A stretch of 64,000 nt of DNA from Paecilomyces variotii (Eukaryota), in assembly GCA_004022145.1 (NCBI GenBank), contig RCNU01000010.1; one strand, given 5' to 3'. Positions within the stretch are counted from its first letter, which is position 1. Every line of letters starts with the position of its first letter. A model generated the notes under the pieces. The model was not told the DNA's origin. It saw nothing but the letters and a program-made list of their open reading frames with translations, and did no database searches. This document shows, piece by piece, positions 1 to 11,862 of the stretch. Position numbers and translations under genes: made by a program.

Positions 1-270
1 CTAGAAAACGGTAATTATAGCCATTTCGGGCTTCTCGTATCTCTGAAGACATGCTGCGGTATGGAGATCCTGCTGGACTCTACTCCGATCTTCATGGTGT
101 TCAAAATACTACTAAATTGTCGTAGATATAAAGGTCGGGATATTTCCGAGAGGCAACATCCATTGTAGGGCTAGTCTGTCAGATAATGACTCTACCCAGT
201 CTCGTATAGTGGATGCTATAAGCGTTGGTGGTAACTAAGCTTGTCGGTAACATCTCGTGATGGTCTCAAT

Positions 271-621
271 CGGAACGCTGTCCGCTTGTGCCAACAAGCG
301 ACTACTTACGCTAAGTAACGTCCTAGCACAATGATCAATTCTGTACGTCAAAAGAAACCACCATAGATAGCCTGAAAATATGGTAGATCTAACACAGGCG
401 GGTCTGTCCAACCTCCACGGTTAGTTTGCGTGGGTATACTCGGATTCCCTACCGGTGATGAATCAAGCTGCGCCAGTGTTGTTCTGCGGGGTCGAGGCGG
501 CGAGGTTACCGTGATTATGGCGAAGAGTGCAATAGATTCGGAACGAGTAGTTATGGGTACAAGCCAATACGATGCGATAGCAATCTATGAGCCGATAGAT
601 CAGCCTACGGGTTGAAGTCCG
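271..621. promoter_or_regulatory. Four CGG-N8-CCG inverted motifs upstream of P5C dehydrogenase (putative Zn2Cys6 binding sites), plus a CreA-type GCGGGG
   Basis: CGG-N8-CCG at 271-284, 441-454, 498-511 and 608-621. SYGGRG at 486-491. Confidence 0.7.
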
Positions 622-730
622 GCAAATCTGGCCACATCATAAGTAGAGCTTCGAATGTTGACTCCCCTTGAATCGTTTAGCAGTCAGTTGTATACCTGTT
701 CTCGGCGTAACACTGACAACTCATCGAAGT

Positions 731-2651
731 ATGGCACTTATGCAGTCCGTGACTTGTTTGCGTTCGAAGTCTCGACGACTGATTCGAGACGGCATAGCTT
801 CATTGCCTTCAGGATCAATTGTGCCGTTACGACACGTTGCTACAGTGCCGTTCCGGTTACCAGCTCCCAGGAATGAACCCAATGTAAGTCTCGGACTGGC
901 AGATCAGAAGAAATTCAGCTAACTGTTTTTAGCTCCAATACAAAAAAGGATCCCCTGAACGACTCCGTCTCGAAGAAGCTTTGAAAAAGCTCCGCTCACA
1001 GCTGCCTCTCGAGAGTCAAATCTTCTACAATGGCAAGGCACAGAAGGCACCAAAGTCCGTTGGACAGCCGATGCCCAGCGAGCATGGCACGACGTTTACC
1101 AACTTCCCACTTGCCACCAAGGAACAAATTTCGGTTTCAATTGACTCTGCCCTCAAAGCAAAGAAGGACTGGGAGAACACACCTTTCGTTGACCGAGCGG
1201 CCATATTCCAGAAAGCAGCTGAACTCGTCGCGACTAAATACCGCTATGAACTTATTGCAGCAACAATGCTGGGCCAGGGGAAGAACATCTGGCAAGCAGA
1301 GATCGATGCTGCAGCGGAGTTGGCGGATTTCTTCCGCTTAAATTGCAATTACGCTGCGGAGCTTCTAGGAAGGCAGCCTGATCGTGGGAGCGATGGGATG
1401 TGGAGGTTAGCCAGCTATCCCTAAGTTAACGTGAGGCATCCCGATCGCGCTGACCTTGAATAGCCGTCTAGACTATCGTCCATTGGAGGGATTTGTGTAC
1501 GCCATCTCTCCGTTCAACTTCACTGCCATCGGTGGAAACCTGATTTCAGGCCCAGCTTTGATGGGAAATGTGGTGATTTGGAAGCCGTCTCCATCCAACA
1601 TTTATGCGAGCACTCTGATTTACAAGATCCTTGTCGAAGCCGGTCTGCCACCAGATGTTATCCAGCTAGTGCCTGGCGATGCTGAAGAGATCACTGACAT
1701 TGTTCTTTCCCACCGTGAGTTTGCGGGTTTGAACTTCACTGGCTCATCGCATGTATTCCGGTCCATCTATGGAAAGGTCAGCAAAGGCGTTTCCGACGGC
1801 TTGTACCGTGACTATCCCCGTCTTGTGGGAGAGACCAGCGGCAAGAACTTTCACCTCGTTCATCCATCGGCAGACATTTCAAGTGCTGTTAACCATACCA
1901 TCCGTGGAGCATTCGAGTACCAGGGCCAGAAGTGCTCGGCAACTTCTCGTCTCTACCTTCCAGAATCCCGTGCTCAGGAGTTCCTCTCACAACTCACAGC
2001 TGGGGTGAACAAGATCACAGTCGGAAGTCCAGATAAAGACCTTGGTGCATTCGTGGGGCCTGTCATCCATCGCCAGTCATTCGAAAAGATAAAGTCCATC
2101 ATCGATGCCAGTAACAAGGATCCGTCGCTGGAGCTTGTTGCTGGAGGAACCTACGATGACTCTGTCGGTTACTATGTTAATCCAACTGTGTACCGAGCTT
2201 CTACGCCAGACCATGAACTCTTTCATAAGGAGATATTCGGCCCGGTCCTAGCTGTATACGTCTATCCAGATGCTGAATGGTCCTCCATCTTGAAGAAGGT
2301 TGACCAAACTGGAGGCGGGTTCGCCTTGACCGGAGCTGTATTTGCTACTGAGCGCACGGCAATTCGAGAAGCAGAAGATACCCTCCGGTACTCTGCAGGA
2401 AATTTCTACATCAGTAAGTCATCCATTGAGTTATTCTATTTGAATGGCTTGTCGAACGCATATGCTAATTATCAATAGACTGCAAAACCACAGCGGCTTT
2501 GATTGGCCAACAATCTTTCGGTGGCAGCCGAGCCAGTGGCACAAACGACAAAGCAGGCAGCTCCAATGTTCTGCTGCGATTTACGAGTCCAAGGCTCATC
2601 AAGGAAGAGTTCTTCCCTCAGAGCACTTTCTTTTACCCTAGTAACGAATAA
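731..2651 (+). CDS. prnC: Delta-1-pyrroline-5-carboxylate dehydrogenase (ALDH4; PrnC/Put2-like), mitochondrial, 4 exons
   Basis: ATG at 731 gives an Arg/Ser-rich presequence then FRLPAPRNEPN. Introns are 884-932, 1406-1463 and 2414-2478 (all GT..AG). Motifs: AISPFNFTAIG, FTGS, ETSGKN (catalytic Glu), EYQGQKCSA (catalytic Cys), EIFGP, FGGSRASGTNDKAG. Stop TAA at 2649-2651. This may be a paralog of the housekeeping gene. Confidence 0.95.
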
Positions 2652-2958
2652 GTTGTATTGGTAAAGATGAAAGGTATGAAATCAAGACGACGGTGATTGG
2701 AGGGTAGCGTAAATGGATTATTCGCAGAGCTAGCTAATTGATTTCAATTATTGCCATAGACCTCGTACATCAGAAGACCACTACATAGTCTTTCGAAATT
2801 TAGAGGAAAACTGTGCAGCGCAATCAATATGAAGTGTATAAATACACATTCAAGAGGCTAGGCGTCATCACATACGGTAGAGGCCTTCATTTTCCATATA
2901 GCAACCTTCTAAGAAGTGTCGTGAGATCCAATTTTCTTAGTTACATTGATATGGAATT

Positions 2959-5494
2959 CTACCATATGTTATTTTGCGCCAGAGCTTGAGACACCCATTC
3001 CGCGTCTCCACTCTCAATCGAGTTGGCCACGGCCAGTATCTGTGCTGTCGTAAACCCTTCGTTGAAAGCATACTGTTCCTGGTTTTCTGAGCTGAAGTTA
3101 TTTTCTGTAAATTGCATTGGGTGTTCTTGTGCAAGCGCGGGACCTGGTTGGTTAACAGCACCGCTATCTCGAGAAACGGCAACATTGGTAGCCGGTATAG
3201 GCCAGGACGATGATAAACGATCCAATACGCCCTCCACTTGTTGTAGCTCAGACTTTCTGAACTTCGCAATCAAATTTCCGCTTGATATCATGTCATCGAT
3301 GATGGAGTGTGACTTTTGAAGCCATGGTGACCGGGTCTCGAGAAGCCGAGTATCAATCACGGGCGCAAGCAAAAGCACCATTGCTGATACGAATACAGAC
3401 TCAAGATCGAAGTAGAGGAATGTCTCTGAGCGAGAATGTGACGTAAGTATAGATATACATAAATATATAGTTTGAAAACTACACCTTACCTAGAAGACCC
3501 TGTGTTTGGAGGTTTCCGAGGATATTGATCATTTGAATGGAAGAGTCGATGCACATCTGCAGCACATTCCGAACTGTCGGAGAAGAGCTTAGAGAATCGG
3601 CAAGAGTCTCTGGAGAGGATATTCGTATCTTAAGGAATGAGAACAACAGCGGTCTTGTGGCAAGGACAATGCACTGAACGCAGGGTTAGTAAGCATCAAG
3701 GAATGGATATGCCATACGCAGACCTGGTGGTAAAGAAGATGTATATACGCTGCCAGCCTGGATATACCGCTAGCGGAGTTTTCCAGTGGAATAGGTAACA
3801 TTCGTCGCATCTCATCGGCTAGACCTGCTACGCTTGCGAGTGCTGACTTGGTGCTGAGCAAAAAGCTCGTGTTGAGTCGTCCGTCAGGACCATAGATAGC
3901 TTATTAGATTAGCCAGTGGATAAGTAGAAGGCCAGTTATTTTACATACTCTCGTTTATCCCTGCTATCACCCGAGACAACTTTATTTGCATATTTAGAGC
4001 CGCCGTCCGCTGTGCTGAGACCATAGACGTTGGTGCTTGGTTATGCAGATGATCGTCGCGTATCGATTGCGGTAGGCCGAATAAGGATGTCATTTCTCTG
4101 TCCAGTATGTATACCGTCCACCAGATCTTTCGACACCTCTGCACTAGACGCTCTCCCAAGTATTGAACTGGCATATCTGTATGCATTCCATATCCTAACG
4201 CCATACGCATTGCTTGCCCGATCTAAAGGTATGAGATGCGTCATTATTTCGTTTCTGAAATGCAATCCAGGTAACTTACATATTGGTGGGACGAATGCCT
4301 AAAGTCCAAGGACTGAAGGTATAAAGCGATGCAGCAAAGGATTTCCGTTGATATAACTGGTTCCTTGCAGAGAACGCTTACGTCTGGCAGAAGTTGAAGA
4401 GCGAGGACAAAGAATTCGGCACCAGGAGGTTTTCTGCCGTCGTTCTTCCGCAACACAAATGCTTTTCCAAACGCGAGAATGACGAGAAAGTGGATATACC
4501 AGAGGTTCGTTTTAGATGTTCGACTGTTAGAGTCCGAATAAAAATCGTAAAGTGACCTCATAAACTCCTCTTCATCGAAAAGGTGGAACAGTTGACCGCA
4601 ATGGAATTTGACAGAGTTGATTAAGTAAATAGCGTGATCAGTAGTTGGAATAGCAGGTTCCTCGGGAATGGAAGTGCGGAATCCATCCCATCCTAAATCG
4701 TAAGCAGAACCGTCAAACAATAGTGTCTCTGTCGGGAGGGGTTCTTGGTAAATGTGCTCATAAACCATGGCTAAAACTCGTCTCGCAAATGACCAGTTTG
4801 ACGAAGTTCCAAGATAAACTGGATTTCTGTTAGCTTTTTGCGTTCCATTACTGCAGGAGAAGCATGTTCACTGACAGGCCCTTCCGTTTGCTGCTGACAT
4901 GTAGGCTGACGGTCCTGTAGAAAGTGGATTTGTTAAACCTGAGGGGATATTTTCCATTTCCTTTTCTGACGGAGCATCTCGGTCCTCGATTTGCGCTTGT
5001 TCCTCGTCCTGGATTGAACCTGCCTCCATATCTGCTGACAAAGGTCAGTAGATATCTCAAGGGATGTTAGAAAGCGAACAATAAGTATCTCAGCCGCCTA
5101 CCATCTTCCAGAATTGTGTCTTGTTCTGGGTCTGTAACGTCCGGACTGGACGGAGTATGGCCTTTGCTCATTCGTCTCAAAGACACAATCTGTCGCTGGA
5201 GATCGATAATGTATCTAGACCACGCACTTAGCAAGTTTCCACTCTCGAATTCTTTCTCCCGTATTACCCTCTGGTCACCATCATTTTCTGATCCCGGTCA
5301 TCGAAGATGCATGGCAGGTTTCGCTTGCTGCACCCACTGCACGGTTGCGATCCCGAACACTTGATCTTTTGCCTTCGACATCGTGTGCACCTGAACAGGC
5401 ATTTTAGCAAGAGTTCCCATTCCTATCGCGGCGGGTTTACATGCGCATTAGAAGATCTTTTTCCTACTCTGCGTTTTTCCTTCCCAGATTCCAT
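2959..5494 (-). CDS. Zn(II)2Cys6 transcription factor with fungal TF middle-homology domain (Put3/PrnA-like), multi-exon
   Basis: The spliced N-terminus reads MESGKEKRRVGKRSSNA-CTRCRRQKIKCSGSQPCSGCSKRNLPC (CX2CX6CX5CX2CX6C). Later segments: YLGTSSNWSFARRVL, FHCGQLFHLFD, PPGAEFF, ALRMALGYGMH, RCRKIWWTVYILDR. The C-terminus FTTAQILAVANSIE...NNIW* ends at 2959. Internal exon boundaries are approximate. Confidence 0.88.
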
Positions 5495-5875
5495 TTGTCT
5501 GAACAGTCTCTTCAATGTCTGGATAGCATGAGCGATGAGTGTTCCTCTCACTTGGTCACTGCGGCGTGTACAGGCTACTCCTAAGTACCATCGCTACCTA
5601 CCTAATCTTTCCATCGGTTCGAGGGGAAACCCGGGGCCATTATCCTTGTCTAGCCCATTATGGTAATCAAATCGCAGCGCGTTAAGCTTTAATAATGCAC
5701 TTATGGAATATATACCATAGTCAAATGCGGGGTAGCAGTTCTCAGAATTGAATTGGTCCTGTGGGATGGAGACCGATGATTAAGTGAATCGACTCGAAGA
5801 ACGCCGCCGAGAAATGCCAGAATTCCCGTCTTTTGCCGCTCCAGTTTAGTTAGGTACTTACACCCGATAAGAGAC

Positions 5876-5889
5876 CGGATGCTCTTCCG
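5876..5889. promoter_or_regulatory. CGG-N8-CCG motif in the promoter of the cluster TF
   Basis: CGGATGCTCTTCCG lies about 380 bp upstream of the TF ATG. A CreA-type GCGGGG is at 5727-5732. Confidence 0.55.
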
Positions 5890-6148
5890 ACCATTTGAGA
5901 TAATTATATACGAGCTAGCGACAACTAACTACCTAACTACCTACTTGTTAGTTCTCGCATATCAATAGATAGAAGAATGATAGCGAGAACAACCAATAGT
6001 AATGCTATGCATATCTCAAGAACCTATGATATGACCAGGATCAGATCGATAACTGTCTCGCTTCCTATCTACTATCTATCCCACACATGGGACTAGAACA
6101 GATCCTATCTGTGCCTCCGTCTTACCTACTACTTACTAACTATTTTAA

Positions 6149-7763
6149 TTATACAGAATTGGAGTTATCGGCGCAGGACCAGGCAGCGGATCCTCCCGAT
6201 TCTCTGTAAGTATCAATAATGTTGACAATAGACCCATAAGTACCACCAACCATCAAGAACGTTCCAGAGAGTACAACGAAAACACTCCAGCAAACCATCA
6301 AAGCCCATTTGCGGTCAGTGGCCAGCTTTCCGCGGCTCCAGTTATCGTATAGCCACATGCAGCCCATCGGCTGAAATGCCATGAGTGTACCCAGTAGAGC
6401 ACCCACTAGTGAGACAAGACTCCCAAAGACAGGGATCGCACTGGCAATGATATAGGCAGTTACCGCGATACCAAATGTACAGCCCAACCAAGTTGTCCAG
6501 TGTACTACCGTATTGGCGACAAGATGCCTGGATCCTTGCAATATGCGAACAAAGATATACTTGGCTGGCAACTGCAGAAAACAATTAGCAAATCTTCCTG
6601 GGTAGCATCCACTGGAGTGCTTAGTTACATGAATTACAAGCGTGGTTGTGACGATTAGACCGGGTAGAGCAAAACCGTAGGCAACCTTCTTTACCATAAC
6701 ACCAGCGGAGCCAAGGGCGGGCGAAGCAACATAAGACCCGCAATAATAGTAGACAACACAGCCAATTGTGATATATATGGCCGTTACACCACCCTGGCAT
6801 AGTAGTAGTGATCGAGTATATTTGCGAGGGTCGCGCATTTCAGATACGATGGCGAAGAATGCCGGTGTTCCCGCGTACGCGAAGACGATAGAGGACACAG
6901 CAGACATGGCATCGCTGAAGCTAGGGTTGTTGACAATTTTATAGTCTGATTTCCAGGGACCACTCTGTGGCGCAGCGCTGGGACGATCTTGTATACCAAC
7001 AGCAATGGTCACAATGAGGACTGTGAAGCATGTTAGATCATAGCTGGAGACTTATAATGGATCAACCCACTAGCAGTAAGGATACAGGTGACGCCAACCC
7101 ACGCAAGCCAACTGATGCGGCCGAGCGTACGAATACTACCCAGGACGAAGCTTACGGCAGTGGCAATGGCAACGAAGACAGCTGTACATGTACCATGGGT
7201 AGAAACAGCATTGAGCCCGATCGATATACCTAGGATACCAGATCCAGCTACGAAGGTCCAATCTGTATGGTCAGAAAATAGTCTCTTTCGTTGCAGGAAT
7301 GACCTACAAAGACAGAACGAGAATCCAAGCATCACACGGCCAATGTGACCAAACATTAATCCACCGGCATCGTCGATACTGTAGACTGTGGGATGGAGAA
7401 GCTTGAAAACTCCGATCATGTAGTCCGACCACGTCGTGATAACCGCAACAACTAACAAGATGATGACCCCTGGAACGAGGCCCAATATGTCAAAGGCACT
7501 TGGAATTGAGAGGACACCGAGGCCAATCTGGGTCTTGAGCATCAGAACGGTTGTTCCGAGCCATCCAACCTGCAAGGTCATCAATTCGTGCACGAAAATG
7601 GATCTTGGAAAGAGCATACGTTACGATAGTTGGGGCCGTCGTCGGTGATATCCCCAAAAACAGCATCGTGAGTATAACTCGTGCCATTGTGAATTTCTCC
7701 GATCTGTGAGGGAACTGTAGCTAACTCCTCGGGGCCAACTTTAGCCTTGGACATGTCAGACAT
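6149..7763 (-). CDS. Amino-acid permease, Aa_trans/AAAP family (Mtr-like neutral amino acid transporter), about 5 exons
   Basis: ATG at 7763 (MSDMSKAK). Motifs: HDAVFGDITDDGPNYRNVGWLGT, MLKTQIGLGVLSIP, FAYAGTPAFF.IVSEMRDP, GSYVASPALGSAG, C-terminal WSCADNSNSV*. Many hydrophobic TM segments. Confidence 0.92.
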
Positions 7764-8009
7764 TGTGCAGAAGATGTTATGAATAACCATCAATCCGGGC
7801 AATGGTTGTGTGGGGAGATCGAGTCTTTAAATTCAACTGAGGCACCCAACTTTCTCTAATAAAGAGGCCTGTCTGCCATTGTTGGGTTTCATAATCCCCG
7901 AAGGCCTGAAGGGTGACGCCACCAATCTGTGTTATCGCTAATCTGATACTGTTACTAGAACCACTTTATCGGTTATGTTCTCTCCTCTCCTAGCTCAGGA
8001 TTAGATACC

Positions 8010-8423
8010 CGGAGGCCTTGCCGACAACGGAGGCAACGATCAAGCTTCCACGAGCAATTCCTCGGGAAGACGCCGCCATTAGACCGGAACCTCAGGCGAC
8101 GTGTCACTTGTTAATGTTCTGTTGCTTCCCCGGATTCTTCGAATCTAGTTTGGGCATATGATCTTGGGAAGTACTGGATTGAACAGGCCGTAATGTCCAA
8201 TTCAAAGTTATCACCGACGGAGACTGTTGGCCAGTCGTAATATAACTACATGTAACTCTATATGCCATGCAAGTAGTAGTAGCTTTAGGAGAGCGCATAA
8301 AGTCACGATGCGAAATCCTGTAACATCCCTACCAGTGAAGCAATACTCCATACTTCACATCCTTAATAAGATTACTGTTGATTTATTATTCTGAAGTTAT
8401 CAGTCCTTTCGGGAGGCCTTCCG
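8010..8423. promoter_or_regulatory. Two CGG-N8-CCG motifs upstream of the permease
   Basis: CGGAGGCCTTGCCG at 8010-8023 and CGGGAGGCCTTCCG at 8410-8423 share an AGGCCTT core. CreA-type sites are at 8587-8592, 8772-8777 and 8785-8790. Confidence 0.65.
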
Positions 8424-9943
8424 GAGTCTAACGATGTGAAATAACGTCAGATGCATCTGCATAAGTCCAACATTATTAAACTGCGAAGGATTCTTCATAG
8501 CTATAATCAGTTAATATGCGGCATTGTTGTCACTTGCTAGGGATGGATAACCCGGATCTATCAATTCGCACTTTGGACATACCTATGCGGGGTACCTAGT
8601 CTTTGTGTTACACATGAGACACCTCGGATATTTCATTCTGCAGATGGCCATAGATGCTTGTATAACTATACCACTGCCACGGATATTGCCGACCTGCAGA
8701 AACATTGTTGGATATGTGCACTGATCGGAACAATTGACTTCTGATCAAGCCCCAGATTTATTCTGTTGGGTCTGGGGTTGCAATGCGGGGGAACGGGCAT
8801 GTCAATCACTGCTTCTTACGGCAAGCGGAGGGATAAGCTAATGATGGCACTGTTGAGAGACTGGCTGAGGAGTGGGACATTTCGCCATGGGCACAGAGAA
8901 GCTGAGCAGGACCTCTTGCTCTGTCTGAAGCTCATTTCAGTGGGGGTGAAGTTACAGCTACCTGTCGCGATACAGGATACATTCTGAGGATATCGCGCAT
9001 CCGTGTGTACCTGAGACAATGGAGTCGAAGCCCACCAATTATAAGGTGGAGGTTGCGCGGTTGCAGTCTTCGCTCATTGATAGCGACCGTGAACAGCAAT
9101 TAACAAGGAGCCTTCTTTTCAAGCTTAACATGAGGTATGCATGGGAACTTATACAACGGCTGCCCAAAATGCAAGAGTTACATAGTATTTATATTCGCAA
9201 AACCGTTACTCAACAACGCCTAGTAGCAGTCAAGGTTGACATCTATTAAGTCTTCGCTTGGCCTGTGAATGGACGAGTAACTAATGTCTGGTTAAAGGTT
9301 GCTCAAACGAGTCTTCTGAAGTTGTTAACATTTCGGACTATTTGCTCCCCATTAGCTTACCAGGGTACACAACACTGTATGTACAGAGCTATCCAGACGA
9401 AATATGAAACAACGACTGTTCCGTTCTCGATCGAATGTGTGGGCTCTCTTCTATTGGTATGGCTGTCTCGGTTGTATTCCGTATCTAGTCGATTCTTGGA
9501 CGAAGGATATAGAAGACGGATACGGTGACAGGCTTCTGCTAACACTTGGCACCGCAGTGGTTCTCTTGAAGTACATGCATTAACGTACCTCATACTCTGC
9601 CGCAGTCTCTGCTATGTTTGATTTTGGCATTTTCGGGTGTTTTCTTTGACCAAGAGGATATTCTGTCCTCGTTAAGATAGTCTCATTAATTTGTGCCTTC
9701 TGACGAAGTAAACGGGATAAACTGAACAGAGGTTGTTTGAACGGGGTTTAAATGTACCCTATTATATACCCTCAAGAAGCTTCTAGAGAAATATTCTACT
9801 TCAACTGCAAGAATGGATCAACATGATAATTTATTGTCCAATGCCATATCGAAGAGCTTTCGCTTTCGTATGCTGCTGAATCTTCATATTGAGTGGTTCC
9901 CCTTTCTTTTCTTTTTTTTATATATTAGTTGTTTCCATCTGAA

Positions 9944-11089
9944 CTAAAAGTCCTGGACAGAAAGCCCCTTGCCTCGCCGACTGGCGAGTGATAATATCGC
10001 TGTACCCGCTGCGAGATCAGTCATACTCACGCCGACGCTCTTGTATATAACAAATCCCTTTCCTAACCAGTTTTCCAATTGCTCATTATCCGAACGATCG
10101 TCCTTCAAGTTTATGACCTCGCCGACTTCTACCAGCTGCTCCGGTTTAAGTTGACTTTGAATTAACTCGCCGGAGCTCGTTCGTGCAACTTCACGATCAT
10201 CCACTATCACAGCTCCACCGGCACCGCCTCTTGGGTTATACGCGGAGTTTGATGTGACGGCATCCCGTAACAGTTCAGGATCCAACTCAATCATGCTAGG
10301 CTGCCAGGAACCGATGCTCGATACATAACAACCACCTGTTTCAGAGAGTTGTCTCCGAAGAAAACGAGCGGGAAACAAAGGAACTTTCGACGGTGTCGTA
10401 CAGAAAACAACATGAGCAGTAGCAAGCACGTCTTCTAACTGCCTCTGGAACTCGGCGTCTGTAATATCGAGAGAATCCAGCTGAACAGAAGACTTCCAAC
10501 GTGACTGATTCTCTTCTCTTATCTGAGAAACCAACGATCGAGACCTCTCAGCAGATCGATTCACGATAGTAATCTGTTTGATCTCGTCTCCTCTGAGTGC
10601 CAAGGCAAGGCGAATATGCCATAAGGCTTGCTTCCCGGCCCCAAAGACTACAATTTTAGCAGTCCTTTCTCGCCATGAGAATGGGATCATAACAGAAAGC
10701 GACGTGCGGTGAGCTGTGATCTCGTCGGCGTTGATGATTCCCCTGGGCAGGCCGTCCTTGTTGCACAGAATCAAGAGCCCGTGCAGAGTAGGTTTATTGG
10801 CATTGGTAGTGTTCTCCTGCAAAGAATCGGTTTGTTCTCTCGACGTACTTGGATCAACGATGATCTTCGTTCCCACATATTCTGGCGAGGTGAAGGCTCT
10901 GAATAGAGTCTTGACGCCGTTTGAACGGGCCACAACGGCTGGTTCTGGCTGAAAGCTTCGTTCGTCAGAGGTGGAAAAGCTCAGCAGAGACGTGGCGAGA
11001 GTATTGAGGAATTCACAAATCTCATCTTTTGAGAGGCTGATTAAGATTTCTTGCACGATTTTATCGCCTAGGACGGTGCAGTTTTCCAT
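9944..11089 (-). CDS. Ornithine cyclodeaminase/mu-crystallin family NAD(P)-binding protein (PrnX-like; candidate Delta1-pyrroline-2-carboxylate reductase), intronless
   Basis: First ATG at 11089 (MENCTVLG). Motifs: INADEITAHRTS, Rossmann VVFGAGKQALWH, FCTTPS..PLF, IGSWQP.MIELDP, IYKSVGVSMTDLA. Confidence 0.88.
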   Translation of the reverse strand: MENCTVLGDKIVQEILISLSKDEICEFLNTLATSLLSFSTSDERSFQPEPAVVARSNGVKTLFRAFTSPEYVGTKIIVDPSTSREQTDSLQENTTNANKPTLHGLLILCNKDGLPRGIINADEITAHRTSLSVMIPFSWRERTAKIVVFGAGKQALWHIRLALALRGDEIKQITIVNRSAERSRSLVSQIREENQSRWKSSVQLDSLDITDAEFQRQLEDVLATAHVVFCTTPSKVPLFPARFLRRQLSETGGCYVSSIGSWQPSMIELDPELLRDAVTSNSAYNPRGGAGGAVIVDDREVARTSSGELIQSQLKPEQLVEVGEVINLKDDRSDNEQLENWLGKGFVIYKSVGVSMTDLAAGTAILSLASRRGKGLSVQDF

Positions 11090-11298
11090 AGTTTGGTTCA
11101 AATGAGATATGGTATTGTCAGAGTCTGTAGGATTCAAGTGATATCAGGTAGAGTTAATTGCTCGAGTATTGCAAATCATAGCACGGCTACAACGCTGATT
11201 TATGCTTCAACAGCGCTGCTCATATCACTCCGGATTCAGAGGGTTTCTTTGGCTCTTTCAAAACGGAGTTGATCAGATACGGCTCTCTTTGCCGAAAT

Positions 11299-11570
11299 CG
11301 GCGGCGTTTCCGACTTTCATTTAATCGACACACGTCCCAACTGAGACAGCCAACAGAAGTCATTAATATGATCGTATCTTATAATATCTACTTAGCAAGG
11401 AGGGGGAAGTCTCTATGTGGACTGGTTGGTTGTCATCGTCCGAGTCCATACTCGGAGTGGTAGGCGCAGAAGATCTACCGCAGGGTATATAGGGACAGCG
11501 AATTCAAAATCTATAAACATTTAATATCCATGGACGACATTACCTGTCAACTTTATCGGGAATGTTACCG
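11299..11570. promoter_or_regulatory. Two CGG-N8-CCG motifs in the divergent OCD-like/racemase promoter
   Basis: CGGCGGCGTTTCCG at 11299-11312 and CGGGAATGTTACCG at 11557-11570. A CreA-type CCCCGC is at 11652-11657. Confidence 0.65.
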
Positions 11571-11862
11571 TTACTGAATGGATACTTATCGTATTTGCGC
11601 GGAAGTTGTACCTATATCGGTATCTCTCCCCATATACGCATAGATACGGTGCCCCGCAAGGCAACATAAAAGAAAATAGGAAACGCGCAAAGCGACATTT
11701 CATCTTTCTAGTTACTTATCATCATCATCATCATTATTATTATTATTATTTTTCGTCCTTGCATGTTCAAAGATAATAAATTCCATATACTTCTCAACGG
11801 CAACAGCAACAGTCCGTTTGATCCCTCAGACATCAAACCGGCCCGGTTGATATCTCAGCGGA

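Noticed and set aside
8766-9593. Short ORFs between the permease and the OCD-like gene (possible lost cluster gene)
   Set aside because: No recognisable motifs or consistent spliced frame. A tblastn/blastx search would be needed to exclude a relic.
11838-11846. CCGG-C-CCGG, matching the PrnA-type direct repeat
   Set aside because: It is a single copy only about 16 bp before the racemase ATG, probably in the 5' UTR, and was not seen in the other cluster promoters.
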